From assembly GCA_951406725.2 (NCBI GenBank), contig OX597814.1, positions 49,042,001 through 49,106,000 of the forward strand: 64,000 nt of DNA, read 5' to 3'. The DNA is from Octopus vulgaris. Taxonomy: Eukaryota. Every line of letters begins with the position of its first letter. Position 1 is the stretch's first letter. The notes under the pieces were generated by a model. It did not search any database, had not been told where the DNA came from, and saw only the letters and a list, made by a program, of their open reading frames with translations. Made by a program: the position numbers and the translations under genes. This document shows, in pieces, positions 27,401 through 41,578 of this stretch.

Positions 27401-30400
27401 TAAGTTATGAAATTCTTTTAGAAGCACCGTTACAATGACCTTAAACTGAAACTGATTGGGGTTTTTGTTGGTTTTTTAGATGTAAAAAATAGTGATTTTG
27501 ATTTGTTTAGGTAATTATAAGTTACAAATGTTTTCTGTGGTTATTAAAAAAAAGAAAACTAAGCGCGCGTTCAGTTTCCAGTATTAAGTGGCGGTTAAAG
27601 TGCAAACTGAATATTGTCTTACAACTTTTTGAATACCGTCTCGATATATATTGATGCACATTTTAAAACTTTTAAATGTAATTGAAAATATTAATTAACT
27701 TTTTGTTTGTTTGTTTTTTTTCCTAGTTATTTTCTTTTACTATCAAAATTATTAGTTAAAATTGGATTTTAAAAAAAAACAGGTCTGATTTTATTTTAAA
27801 TATGAAATACATAATTACAATGTGAAACACAGTTTTCGGTGTTTTTTTTTTTATGTTAAATTCTATAAATTCTGTTTTGTTTGAATATAGAAATATAATT
27901 TCCTATATCATCACAAACCATCTGCAAGCAATATAAATATTTTTTTTTTTTTTTTGTATTGATTACTTTGCAAAATAGGACAGTGCCCGTAGTCTTTTCA
28001 AACTCTCCCAGAGCCTTAGTGTTATAGCGATCGTAGTTTTAATGCGCTTCATGTTCGTTCAATAATCATAGCAGATAAGTATTTGGAGGGAAAACCGTGG
28101 CAAAGTACGCTTACAAACAGAAGTAGCTAAAGGAACGATGGATTGGATGTTTTTAAACATTGTCGATGACATTTATATAAGAGGTGTGTACATAGAGTTA
28201 GTATGGACGTGAGCTGTATAGAGTGGGTCTTGAACTTCAAAAGAGCATGCCATTCTAATAGTAATAGAAAAGGTATATCACGACCGAGTGCTGTAAATGT
28301 TCCAAGCTAATATCTTGGCGAATGGCCATTTTGGCCGTGGTGCATAAAAAATGTTAATGACAGGCTTCCCTATGGAGCGTATTTGTGAACTCATAATTTG
28401 AGCAGCTGTTCAGTGAGAGAATATATCGTCATTTCTTTGTCATAAAACTTTCTAAAATCTCGAATTTATAGAGGTGTGTAGTGATTTTACTTGCGTGTTC
28501 GTGATTAGCGAAGGTGCCTTATGTGTGCATACGATGAAGTGTAGTTATTTGAATTTAATTTATTGAAATACGAAGTATTTACATAATGTGATTGGATGTC
28601 AGCTGCACCCTAATACGTATAGCTGAAAGGTGACAACGAGAAGTTCATTAATGACAATAGGAGAGTATTTAAATTATATAACTGAGCTTTAAAGTGAACC
28701 CTCGTCGATAGATTATAATTATCAGCATAAGCTGCAATGTGAGCGATTAATGATAGGTAGAGCTTGGTCACCATATTCTGATATCCTTAACTTTATGTAA
28801 GGAAGAAGACTATCTTGCATAGCTATGGAACTATAGAGTCGGCAGAAAGAACAGTTTTATGCTAGTGGAACTATGATAAATAGAATCGAAGTACTTATTT
28901 TATCGTTAATTTAATGAAAGGTAAAATTGATCTTTAGGAAATGAAATTCAGAAAAGTCAGACATCAATCTTTATAGTGGAAAACATCGTGTGTGGCTCAA
29001 TAGTTTCTCTGCCATCTCCGACAGGAATAGACATAGCAATGGTAAAATATAAAAAGTACAAACTTTTTTTATATATATATATATATTTTGCAAGGTGAAA
29101 CACCTGATATTTTTTAATGAATTTCACTCGGATCCGAGGAAGCTGAAAATGATTTGCATCGTGCAAAAATAATACGAATATTTGAACACCAACTGATATT
29201 TGACCTTTTTCCAATATGCTAGTGGGGTGGCAAGCACTTATAATGGCTAATGCCAGATATCCTTGTAAAAGTTACCATATTGTAAAGGTAATTAACAAAA
29301 CAAAAAGCAAAAACAACATTGAAGGAACACGTTTTTACAAATATTGTATTAGTTTTACACAAAAAAGGGGAAAGAGTTTTAACATTTTAGACACAAGTTC
29401 TTCATCAGGAAAGAAGAGATGGAGGAATATGAAAGGGAAAAGTTGAAAAAAGGAAAAAACAGGTGAGGGGCAAGAAGGCCATGTCAGAATGCGGTTCTAT
29501 GGAAGGAAAGGAATGGTAAACATGCACATGTCTGGGAGTGTGTCTATGTTTTGAAATGAGTGCTGCATGGTGTACAGTTGTGAAAACACAGAAGCATAGT
29601 GACATGGCTTAGTTGGGGTGTTGGTATGTGAGAGGAAAACATGGAAGTAATGAGTTTGAAATGGGCAAGTGTGCAGTAAAAAAGGAGGTGACAGAAGTCT
29701 ATGTAAAAGTATGGACGTGCATGTGCCATCATAATGTAGAAATTATGGAGAAAAGAGAGGAAGGTGGGTTGCAATACAATACTGGTTCAAAAAATAGTTT
29801 TGTGGGGAAAGAAAATTATTGAATCACATTGACAGGCAAAAGGAAGATGATAGAGGTGGGCATAATGCGTATAAATGGAAGGGAGAAGAAATGAACAGTA
29901 AGTTCAGAGAAAGGAGGAAAAATCAAGAAAAATTGGCGGGAAAAAATAATTGCAAAAATAAAGAAAAAATAAAATACTGGTGAAAAGTCCAAGAAGATAT
30001 GTAACTGGTGCAATCACCAGGGGGAGTGGAAAAGAAATGTCCAAAATATGGTGAGGATCTGATAATGGAAAATTAGCAAGGTGGTATACGTAGGCAACTG
30101 ATAGTTGTGTGAATATGTGACAGAGGTGAAGGCATAGTGAAAGAGAGGAAAAAGAGCAAGTTTTGAGAGTCCAAAGATGGTGAAAGTGCTAAGTCTACAA
30201 AGAAGAAAAAAAGTGGAGAAATCAGCCAAACAGAGTTTTGTCGAATGTATGGCTTGGAAGAGTCAGATGGTGGAGGGAAAAATGACAAAGGAAAAAGAAA
30301 TCTCAGACAGAAGAAAGGTAAAAGGATAAGAAGAATGTGAGGGTATGTGCATGAAAAAAGAAAATTTAGACCAAAAGGCTTATATGTTTAGAGAGCATAT

Positions 30401-30565
30401 ATTATCATCACGTCTGTTTTCCATGCTGGCATGGGTTGGGTGGTTTGACAGGAGCAGGTAATGCAGAGTACTGCACCAAGCTCCAATATCTGGTTGGTAA
30501 TGGTAAAATTGTTTGAGAAAATGTATTCATATGCAAAAGGAGTGGAAATCATAATGATTATGTGA

Positions 30566-30639
30566 TACTATAGCAAAATCTATAAGAACTATATCATACT
30601 ATAGCAAAATCTATAAGGACTATATTGTACTATAGCAAA
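30566..30639 (+). repeat. 31-bp minisatellite, ~2.4 copies
   Basis: TACTATAGCAAAATCTATAAGAACTATATCA unit. Confidence 0.85.
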
Positions 30640-33107
30640 TTCACTAAAAGAATACTGGACAATTTGAGAGTGATAATGACAAAGCTATAAGGAATGTGAT
30701 GGTATGAATGACAGTGACAGCAAAACTCAGATATTGATAAAAGTATTATCAAATAGATTACAAGACTGAGATATGGTATACAGAAGGCATTTGAAAATAT
30801 CATGGACAACACAAGATCAGTGAAGAAGTAGTAAGAATAGCAAAATACAGAAAACCTCATTAATTACCATCAAATAAAAAAGTAAATAAAATATTTGGGC
30901 CACTGAATTAGAAAAATGGATTACAAAATCTTTTAATAGAAAGCTAATTGGGAAAGGAAGAAGGGGAACCAATAAAGACATAGATGGTTAATATCAAGAA
31001 ATGGACAAACTTAAAATACAGTGAATATACTGAGGAGAGCATAAGGATATGCTGAAAGTGGACAATGCCTGATGGTGATGGTGACAATAATGTGTACATG
31101 TGCATTAACAACATATATATTCTCAACAATCTCTTTTTACAAACAGTATTGAAAAGTTTCAACAAGAAAAGCAAATAGTTAAAAGTGGTGAGCTAAAAAG
31201 AATCTTAAATTTATTTAAATGAATGAGAAGAATAAAAATCATTAATATTGGTTTCAAATTTTGGCACGAAGCCAGCAATTTTGGGAGGGGGTTAAGTTGA
31301 TTACATTGCCCCCCAGTGCTCAACTGGTTCTCAGTTTATCAACCCTGAAAGGATGAAAGACAAAGAAGAAGAAGAATCATTAATATTAATGACAATGTGT
31401 GTGTAATTTTAATTTACTAAATTTTTGATAATGCTACATTATGTATGTTTGCACTTACTTTTCTTAGATGTTTGTCATAAAGCAGGTATCTCTGAATATT
31501 TCCCCATGTTCAGTCATTTTTTAATGTTTTCATGCCACTCAAATTTTCATTCACTAACACTCTAAATACTTCAGTTTTCATCTTTCACAAGACAAAGAGA
31601 ATGGTTATTGTAGAGGCCAATACAAAAATAATATTTTCATCTATAGGTTGGGGAGTAGTACTCTGTTTCTGCTACAGTTCTAAAGAGAGTGAGAAAATCA
31701 CTTGTAAGATTTTGCATTTCTCTGAGCAGTTTCCAAAGAATAAATTTAGGTGATTGCTTGTTCTTGATTCAGTGAAGAGCTTACAAGGTTTCTGTGTTGA
31801 ATACGGTACTCTGGAGATCTCTAATATAGATTAATATATATAGTGCTCTTCTCTGAATATACGTCATCTCTTTCAGCTTGAAATTTACAGTGTCTGGTAA
31901 GGTTGTGTGGAATTGTAATTTAACATTTAGTTTCTTCATATGGTTGATGTTTTCCTGGTTCCAATTGTAGTGGAATCTGTTAAAAATTGTATTCTGCTGT
32001 TCAGTGAAGCTGCAATCAGGGGTAACTATTACCATATTGAAGTGAATGAAATCTATAACATGGCTGAAGATTGAAGGTAAAATGAGGTTAATGAACAGAA
32101 TAAGTTTTAGTTATTTACAGTCAAGTCAGAGAATTCAACTAGAAAATTTTAAGAAACTAGTTTTTCGGTATGTCCACTCACAAAATGGGCCTTTATCAAA
32201 TCTCAACTTTTAATTTTTTAAATTATAACTGTAAAGAAAAAACACAACAAATCCAGAAATGGAAAATTTACTCACTGGATAAGTGCAAGTTGTCCCTTGG
32301 AAGTAAAATTACCTCAGTTTGGGAAACCAATCCTCTTTATGTTGAAACAAGTAGGATGTCATGAAAAGACACTAGAAATAACAAACTCCATCAATGAAAT
32401 TCAAACAAAAATTATTCCATCCAATAGAAGTGGTTCTAATTTTCCAATACATCTCAAATATTTTACTTACAAAAAAAAAAACTCTTGGAGAATTCATTAG
32501 AATATTTCCATTAGTGTTAATTGACTAATTTTCTGACTCATCTATAACCAATAAAAAACAAATTGCTATATTAACTGAATTCATACTTTCCTGAGTAAAT
32601 AAAAAATTAATTAACTGACAGAAACAATTCTTTGGATTTTGATTAGACTTATATATTGAAGTTATTTTACATCTTTTTCATTCTGCTAAATTAATTCACC
32701 AATTATTCTGTATTCCTGTTTCTTTTTTCTTAGAAGTGATTCCTCTAATGATAATATTTTATAGCTAAATAGAGTAGATGAATGATGTGATACAAATAAT
32801 TAACTCCCACAAAGTGGGTAGGCATATTATTGCCTTTATTGTGATTCTTAAATAAAATATATTATCTAATAAAAATTCACATTGAAACAAATAGTTCATG
32901 TTTATCTCATACTGAAGACAATCGTAACTTTGAGCTAATCAGAGGAAGTAAACAAAGCAACACTTTCTGATAACTTCAAAACTTAAACAATAAATAATCA
33001 AGAACTAATTTTAAAACATTACTTCTATGACAGCATTTCCTGTTAGAATTTTTTTAAATCCAATACATTAGACTAAGAGTATATTGTTTTATATCTTAGA
33101 GATATTG

Positions 33108-33530
33108 GGTGCAAATGTAGCTGTGTGGTTAAGAAGTTTGCTTTCTGACCATATGGTCTTGGGTTCAGTCACACTGTGTGGCAACTTGGGTAAGTCTTTC
33201 TGCTATAACTTCAGGCTGACCAAAGCCCTATGAGTAGATGTGGTAGACGTAAAATGAAAGAAGCCTGCCACATGTGTGTGTGTACACTAGTCTTAACATC
33301 ATGTAAGGATTTTAAATGAGCATTATCACAATATGATGACCATAAATAAAGAACATCACCAAGTGGTGTTGTTTGTTTTTAGTCTTTCAAGAAAAATATG
33401 TCTGGCCATGGGAAAATAATACTTTGCCTGGAAACAAGAAGGGCATCCAGCCATAAAAAAAAACCCTGTCTCAAGGAATTCCATTTGACCCAAACAAGCA
33501 TGAAAAAGTGGATGTTAGACAATGATGATG
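33108..33530 (+). mobile_element. Composite SINE: CORE head plus RTE-type tail
   Basis: GCTGTGTGGTTAAGAAG head, AAGGGCATCCAGCC...AATGATGATG tail. Minus-strand relative at 51410-51895. Confidence 0.72.
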
Positions 33531-36134
33531 GTTGTCTGATTAAATTTACTCTTTACTAAAGATCAGACTCTCAATTTCACTGAATTCAATTCAATTAATT
33601 GTACCCCTTTTCTCTATAAATTTTAGCTAAATTACAGTATTAGTCTGTAGCCCAACTGATTTATCTGAGTCACTGATACGTTAGTTTTGCTATTGTGTTA
33701 TTTCATCCATATGAGAAATTTATAATAGCAACAGACCAGCTTCTGTCATAAGGTTAAATGTTAACTAGGTTTGACAAGCGGACATGTCATATGGTTTCAA
33801 GTTTACTCTGTAGCTAATTTCAGCAAAATAGTGTGTATTTAACTAAATTATATGCATAAATAGTGTCTATTTATTACAAGGTCGCAATTTTTTAATAAGT
33901 CAATAAAAATTCAGTATTTGATTTGTGCATATTTTATGTAATCATATAATACATGTAAAATCTGAGTATTGATATCAACTATAAACAGGTAGAAGTAGAA
34001 ACATAAATAGGGATAATAGCATTAACAGAAGATGAAGGAAGACTGAAATACAAAAAATTCAAAACTACCCTGAATTCCTGAGATTAACATGACCAGCAAA
34101 AAGTTTAATAGAAAACATCTTTGCATGTCTCAAAAAAGATTTGGAAGGTTGGACAATGACACCAAGACACTCAAGTGAATTAGTTTCAATTAGGAACAGT
34201 AGAAAGTGACAAAATAAGTCATAGTGACTCAGAAGTACATACAACTGAGCTAAATTGCCATAGAATAGAAAAACATGTCAAACCAATCTGGAAGAAATAA
34301 TCCAAATTTCAGCTAAAATAAAATGTCAACATAATTTGTGTTGTTCCTACAAAAACAAGAATCGCTGCTATCAGAGAGCAAGATAAGTAAAACCAGCATA
34401 TAGTATGCATAGACATAGGTATGGCTGCATGGTTAAGAAGTTGCTTTCATACCTACTTAGTTCCAGGTAGCATGGACAAGTGTCTTCTATAATAATATCC
34501 TTGAGTTGAACATGTCATGAATGGATTTGGGGGAAACTATGCAAAGTTTTGTATCTCTGCCATAAGGCTTCATTTCCACACACGCCAGCTGAATTCAATT
34601 TGTCCTCAGTCGAAAGACACCTGTTGTTATGTCCTGTTATTACTATTATTATTATTTTTATTGTATTTTGTATTCATCTGTTTTTCCGTCCTTGTTTTCG
34701 TATACATTAGATGCTTTCTTCCAAGGAATCTAATGCTCTTTCCTTAGTTTTTCCTTGGGACTGGCCTGATTGGAACAATCTCAAGATAAATCAGCCAAAA
34801 TTGCAAGGATGATCCGGTTCTTGACTGAGGATAGAAAGCTTTGAATGACCCGTCCTTGTTTTTTTTTTGTATCGTCTATCTGGATGTTTTGTTGTCCCTT
34901 TTTGTATCACCTAGTTGTCCGGATGTGTTGCGTTCTTGTCCCATTTTGTATTTCATATATATATTAATGTTTGTTTTTATGTTCAGTTATAATAAAAACA
35001 ATTTTACATTAATCTGAAGGATTACTCTATACATTTGTTGAGTACAAGTGTATTATTCTTTTAACAAGTGTAGTATTGACAGTGACTTCAAAGTTTTAGC
35101 CTGCTAAGCAATATTTATGTATGTATATACATCACATCATCATTGTTTTAACATCTACTTTTCCTTACTTGCATGGATCAGACGAAAATCAGTGAGGCAA
35201 ATTTTCTATGACCAGATGTCTTTCCTGTCACCAACCTGCACCTATTTCATAAGAAGATAGCATTTCCCCATGACTGGATATGTTTTTCGTGAAAATCTGG
35301 AAATGAAAGACAATGCTTGTATCACAGTGATGCTCATTTGCTACTATCAAGCAGTGTCAAGTCAACAACACACAAAATATTTTTTGATGGTTGATCTATG
35401 AGTGTCTTTGTGTTTGTATTCCCCACCACCACTTGACAATTGGTGTTAGCGTGTTTACATCCCCATAACTTAGTAGTTCAACAAAAGGGATCAATAGAAC
35501 TAGTACCTGGCTTAAAAAATATGTACAGGGATTGATTCATTCAAATAAAATTCATCAAGGTGTTGCCCCAGCATGGCCTCAGTCTAATGACTAAAACAAA
35601 TAAAAGATAAACAATAAATTCCAGAAAACTGCTTGCTATCATTAAATATACAGAATACAGTTTTCGTTTTTGAAATAAAATTTCATGACAATAAGAGATT
35701 TAAATTAGATGATACGTATTCTTTTTAGATGTAATTTGATATATTGCCACAGTATGCAAGTTGACTTCTTTATTCTGTATGGATATGCAAAATAAATAAA
35801 TATTTTATTAGAAATAACCTTAAATAAATCATTATTATGAACATAACTTGCCAAAGTATAACCCAAACCTAGAGAGATGAATTGCTCAGAATTGCCTGAC
35901 AAACTAACTTTGAGTTTCAGTTCTTTTTTTAATCCTTTTACTGTGGAAAGCAAATGTATCCACTCAAAATTTCATTACCCTTAACTACAGAAAGCAGTTT
36001 TATATACCAACCTACCTTTTATTGATGAATATCATGCTTAAAAATATTTTTTGTGCAGGTGTGGCTGGGTGGTAAGAAGCTTGCTTCCCAACCACATGGC
36101 TCTGGGTTCAGTCCCACTGCATGACACCTTAGAG

Positions 36135-36435
36135 CATTTGAACCAAGCTTTAAAGAAAAAAAGACCTGCTTTAGTGAATCGAAAAAGAGTGATGTTTCAT
36201 CAAGACAATGTGTGACCCTACACTGCAAAGATCACATCACAGAAGATCAAAGAGCTTGGTTGGGAAAACATTCCTCATCCACCTTATTCTCCCAACCTTG
36301 TTCCTTCAGACTACCATTTGTTTCTTAGTTTAGAGAATCATCTGGGGGGACAAAACTATCGCAAGCCAGGAAGAAGTAAAAACTGACATTTCAGAGTTCT
36401 TCGCTTTGAAACCAAAAGACTTTTACATTGATGAT
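36135..36435 (+). mobile_element. Mariner (DD34D) transposase C-terminal fragment
   Basis: KRPALVNRKRVMFHQDNV*PYTAKITSQKIKELGWENIPHPPYSPNLVPSDYHLF. Confidence 0.88.
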
Positions 36436-38169
36436 TAAATTTCAATTAAATATAACACTTGTTTTCTTTATTCAAAATTCGGACAGAACTTATTGGATGA
36501 CCTGATATATGGTGAAAGGATGTAAAAGCACCTATGTGGCAAAACATAAAAGCGCCCATGTGTTGCCATGTAAAATCATCCAGCACACTCTGTAAAGTGG
36601 TCAGCATTAAGAAGGACATCCAGCTGTAGAAACCATGCCAAATTAGAGAGGAGTTTAGTGCAGCTCCCCAGCAATGATCAAACCATCCAACCCATGCCAG
36701 CATGGACAACAGATGTTAAATGATAATGATGATGATGATGATGATACACACAAACATATCAAACAATAAGAATGGGTGCTCAACACTGCATCTGTAGGTA
36801 AAGATTCTTTATTTGTGTATTAAGGCTACCATTAGTTTCATAATTGTTGAGGTATTCCTTAACATGAAACCAATGGTAGCCTTAATACATAAATTTATGT
36901 GTGTGTGTGTGGGGGGGGGGTCTGTGTCTGTCCCACCACCACTGCTTGACAACTGGTATTGATGTGTTGTCCCCATAAATTAGCAGTTCAGCAAAACAGA
37001 TCATTAGAATAAATACCATGCTTAAAAAAAGAAATAAGTATTGAGGATTGATTCATTCAACTAAAGATTCTTCAAGGTGATGCCCAGCATGGTCACAGTC
37101 TAATGAATGAAACTAGTAAAGGATATAAGATATGTCAAGTTTAATGAGACAACATGACTTACAGAAAATATCAACTTTAGTTTTTGGTAGATCGTTATTG
37201 AAATAACCATGAAATTTAATTTTGTGGTTAAAGGGCTAGCTTTATTAAATAATCAGAAATGGGACTGTACTCAAGGCCTATAAAGGCTCCCTTATCATCA
37301 TCATCATCATTTAACGTCCATTTTCCATGCTAGCACGGGTTGGACGGTTCGACCGGGGTCTGGGAAGCCAGGGGCTGCACCAGGCTCCAGTCTGATCTGG
37401 TAGTGTTTCTACAGCTGGATGCCCTTCCTAACGCCAACCACTCCACGAGTGTAGTGGGTGCTTTTTACGTGCCACCTGCACAGGTGCCAGAGGGGTCTGG
37501 CATTGGCCACAATCGGTTGGTGCTTTTTATGTGCCACCGGCACAGAAGCCAGTCGAGGCGGGGCTGGGTTTGGTATAATTGACAAGATTGACAGTCATTG
37601 TTCAGCTTGAAAATTTGCTGGAAAATGTCAAAAGAAGAATTCTAGAGGATTACATTTCTATGAAAGAGAGGCTGGGAGAACCTAGAGCTAGCTAGACTTG
37701 AGGAGCAGAGAATAATGGGATATCAATAGAAGAAACAAACAGAGAAAAACATAACATCTAAGAGCTTGTGGTTAAAGCCTGTTGGTGATTGAATCTTTGC
37801 CAATCAAATAACCTTGTTTTTGATGCAATCAAGGATTTTTGTGTATATAGCAGCAGCACTGTCTCATAGATGTGAACAAAATTGAAAATGAATTTAACTT
37901 GATTTTTCTAGAGGCTTAACAACTAATTAGAGCTAAAGTATCACCTGTTTCTAAAATAGAATCCTAATGTTATCATGTTTATAGAGTGCTATGGAAGATC
38001 ATCCGAGATAGCATGGACTAGAATTTGAAGCAAATTTGAGTTTTTGTTGTACTAATTATGGTTAGAATGTAACACACAATTGCTACACTTATGTTTATAA
38101 ACTAGCTCTAGCAACTGAGAATTTGTACTGGTAGAAGAGATTATGTTGTCGTATCCTCATCTGTATGTA

Positions 38170-38500
38170 GAAGGTTATGGCTCAGTGATTAGAACTTCAG
38201 GCTCACAATCATGAGGTAGTGAGTTTGATTCTTGGACCAGGATATGTGTTGAGTTCTTGGGCAAGACACTTTATTTTGCATTACTCCAGTTCACTCAGCT
38301 TTAGAAATAAGTTGCAACATCACTGGTGCCAAGCTGTATCAGCCGTTGTCTTTGCGTTTCCCTTGGGTATCATTAGTGGTGTGGTGAAGGGAGGCGGGTA
38401 TGCATGGGTGACTGCTGATCTTCCATAAACAGACTTGTACCTCAGAAGGGAACTTTCTAGGTGCAACCCCATGGTCATTCATGACTGAAGGGGGTCTTTA
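38170..38500 (+). mobile_element. tRNA-derived SINE related to the 9334-9579 head
   Basis: TGGCTCAGTGATTAG A-box and TCTTGGGCAAGACACTTTATTT. Minus-strand relative at ~20640-20885. Confidence 0.68.
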
Positions 38501-39756
38501 CCTTTTTTAATGGGAAATGAATTATAGTAAAGCTTCACAGAAGTGTGTCTTGTTAGAAAGAACACAAATAGGTATTAATTATGGAAAAAGAGCATGTTAG
38601 ATATTACTGGACTTTGGAGTACAACAAAATTGAGACTGAGTACCAGAGTGAACCTTACTGGCAGAGTTGCACTGATATGGTCAGATGGAAAATCTTCCCG
38701 TCAAAGAAATGAGAGACGGATGTAAAACAGTGCAAGCAACTTAGTTGAGGAAGTACTAATGAGTTTTGTGACATAATGCTGTGGGTCTCTGGCATTGGAT
38801 TGCAGTGACTGGAGTGGTTTTTGCACTTGCTGACTGTGACTGGGGTGATACTGGGAGCATGAAAACTGAGAGTTCAGGAGGAGTTTTGTTGAGTGCAGTG
38901 TAGAAATGTGGAGGAAACAGTCAACAATACATGAATTTTTTTCAGTGGAAGTGCTGCTAACTGAACCGTCTTAGTTGAGGAAAAGTGGGCAGCTGGCTCT
39001 AAGAACCACATAAAAGCAATGACTTCTAATTTCAAGATATCAAAAACCTTTCCTAAGACCTTATATTTATAGACGACAGGAAACTGAAATTATGTAGCCT
39101 TCTTAGTTTTCTCAAGGGAAATTTACTGCAATTTAATGTGAATAAAACCTGTCATGAATATTTTTTGAGGAAAAGGGAGGAATTATTTGCAGCTATAGAT
39201 TATCCCTTGTCTGCTTGTAGACGTGTAGCTAAATTACTTTGAATTAATTGGATTAATGAGGAAGCCTCTATATAATTGATCAGCTTGCTGGAAATACAGG
39301 CTAAATCTCCCTGAAATTACAGTCGTTTACTTTCTTAAAAAAAAGAGACAGAAAAGAATGATATGGTTGAAATATCTTTTATTATAGGTCTGCTCTACAT
39401 GTATGGCCTGGGACTAAAAAATTAACAACTTCAAATTAATATCACATTCAAAATAATCCTTATTTATAATTTTTCCTTATTATCACAAAATGTCTGATTG
39501 ACATTGATATTCAGTGTTCAAGATGACATACCATTTGGTCATATCCCCTACATGGTATCTTTCCTTCATCTGATTGGTAGACTCACACACCAACCACGCT
39601 GCAACTTCTGTTCTTCTAAATTAGTTAATTGCATATCACCTTTATTTAAGGATACACATCTCTTTAACCTCCTTTAACCACTCCCCATTGTGTTTCATCC
39701 ATATACCTCTTTGCCCAAATGTTCCTTCATCCACATTTTTACTGCAGATGTTGACT

Positions 39757-41578
39757 TCATCATTATTTAACATCCGTTTTCCATGCTGCATTGGTTGGAT
39801 GGTTTGACTGAAAACTGGTAAGCTGGGGAGCTGCATCAGGTTTCAATTTGATTTGGCATGGTTTTGACAGTTGAACGCCCTTCCTAATGCCAATCACTCC
39901 AAGAGTGTAATGAGTGCTTTCTACATGCCACCAACACAGATGCCTATTTCTTTATTACCCACAAAGGACTAAACATAGAGGGGACAAACAAGGACAGACA
40001 TAGGTATTAAGTCGATTACATCGACCCCAGTGCGTAACTGGTCCTTAATTTATCGACCTCGAAAGGATGAAAGGCAAAGTTGACCTCGGCGGAATTTGAA
40101 CTCAGAACGTAACGGCAGATGAAATACTGCTGAGCATTTCGCCCGGCGTGCTAACGATTCTGCCAGCTCGCCGCCTTATCCCACCAACACAGATGCTGGT
40201 TACAAAACACCAGCATCAACCACAATTACACTCTCACTTGGCTTTACGGGTCTTCTCAAGTACAGCGTATTACCAAAGGTCTCAGTCACCAAAGGCCTCT
40301 GTGAGGCCCAAAGTTCGGAAGGTGCTTTTTATGTATCACCAGCATAGATACCAGATATGCAACACTGGCATTGGCCATGACTACAACTTCACTTGGCTTG
40401 ACAGGGTTTCTCAAGCATAGTATATCACTCAATGTTCAAAGGGTGCTGTTTATGCACCACCAGTACAAGTGCCAGTTACATGACCCTGGCATCAGCCACA
40501 ACTGTGATTTCACATGGCTTGATGAGTCTTCTCAAGCACAGTATACCACCAAAGGTCTCAGTCACTTGCCATTGCCTCCATGAGGCCCAACATTAAAAAA
40601 TCATGCTTTATCACTTTGTCCCATGTTTTCATGGGTCTGCATTATATGCATTACATGACCATACCAGCACAGTTGTCTCTCTTGCACACCACATCTGATG
40701 CCTCTTATACCCAACTTTTCACTCAAGGCGCTTACACTCTGTCATATATGAACACTGACATTGCATATCCAGCAAAGCATACTAGTTTCATTTCTTTCAT
40801 GCCTTCACATGTCCTTGCTGGTCACAGACCATGTTTTACTGCTGTGTAGCATGGCTGTTTGCACACAGGCATCATACAATCTGCCTTTCACTTTGAGGGA
40901 GAGGCCCTTTGTTACCAACAGAAGTAGGAGCTCTTTCTGAACTTTGCCAAGCCTATTCTAATTCTAGCAGCTATGCTCTCAGAGCATCCACCTCCACTAC
41001 TGACTTGTTCACATAGGTAATGGAAGCGGTCAACTGCTTCTAGTTTCTTTCCACCCCTAGCATTTGATGGAGTTTATTTACTGTAATTTTTAGTGTTAAT
41101 TGTACCTGTGCACCTTCTACACACAAAAACTATTTTCCGTTAATCTTCCTCTGATATTGCTGCACCTCCTATGTGTTCATAGCTTACACCAGGTACATCT
41201 TATGGAGTTACTACCTATGCCTTTTCTACAGATTGAGCAGGGCCATCAACCTGAAGGGATTTGTGATTTGTCTGCTCTCCTACTTATTAAGGCTTTGGTT
41301 TTGGTGAGATTGATCTAGACTTTGCTTCCACACCTGAAATTTCTTCTCTAATTTTGGTAGTGATTTGGCTATAAGAACAAGGTCATCAGCATAGAGGAGC
41401 TCCCAGGTGCAGCCCTTCTTAAATTCCTCTGTTATTACCAGGAGGACTACGATGAACAAGAAGGGGCAGAGGACTGATCCTTGGTGAACCCCTACTTGTA
41501 CCCTGAATTCCTCACTATATTCGTTGCTAACCTTCACCTTACTGACAGCATCTTTGTAGATGGCTTGTACATGGCTTA
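39757..41578 (-). mobile_element. Second 5'-truncated RTE-clade LINE, with a nested SINE
   Basis: VGVHQGSVLCPFLF, WELLYADDLVL. Colinear with 21961-23735, including the repeated 3' UTR and tail. Confidence 0.9.
39944..40180 (-). mobile_element. Young tRNA-derived SINE (MetaSINE-like central domain) inserted in the RTE 3' UTR
   Basis: Head AAGGCGGCGAGCTGGCAGAATCGTTAGC. 16-bp TSD CCACCAACACAGATGC at 39928-39943 and 40181-40196. Confidence 0.9.

Noticed and set aside
29400-31200. Strongly purine-skewed tract with hydrophobic minus-strand ORFs
   Set aside because: The ORFs are compositional artefacts with no recognisable motif, probably an old decayed repeat. The same applies to 25927-26187.
34825-34850. 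CTGAGGA-TA-GAAAG as a hammerhead core
   Set aside because: No stem II and no stem III or cleavage triplet could be formed.
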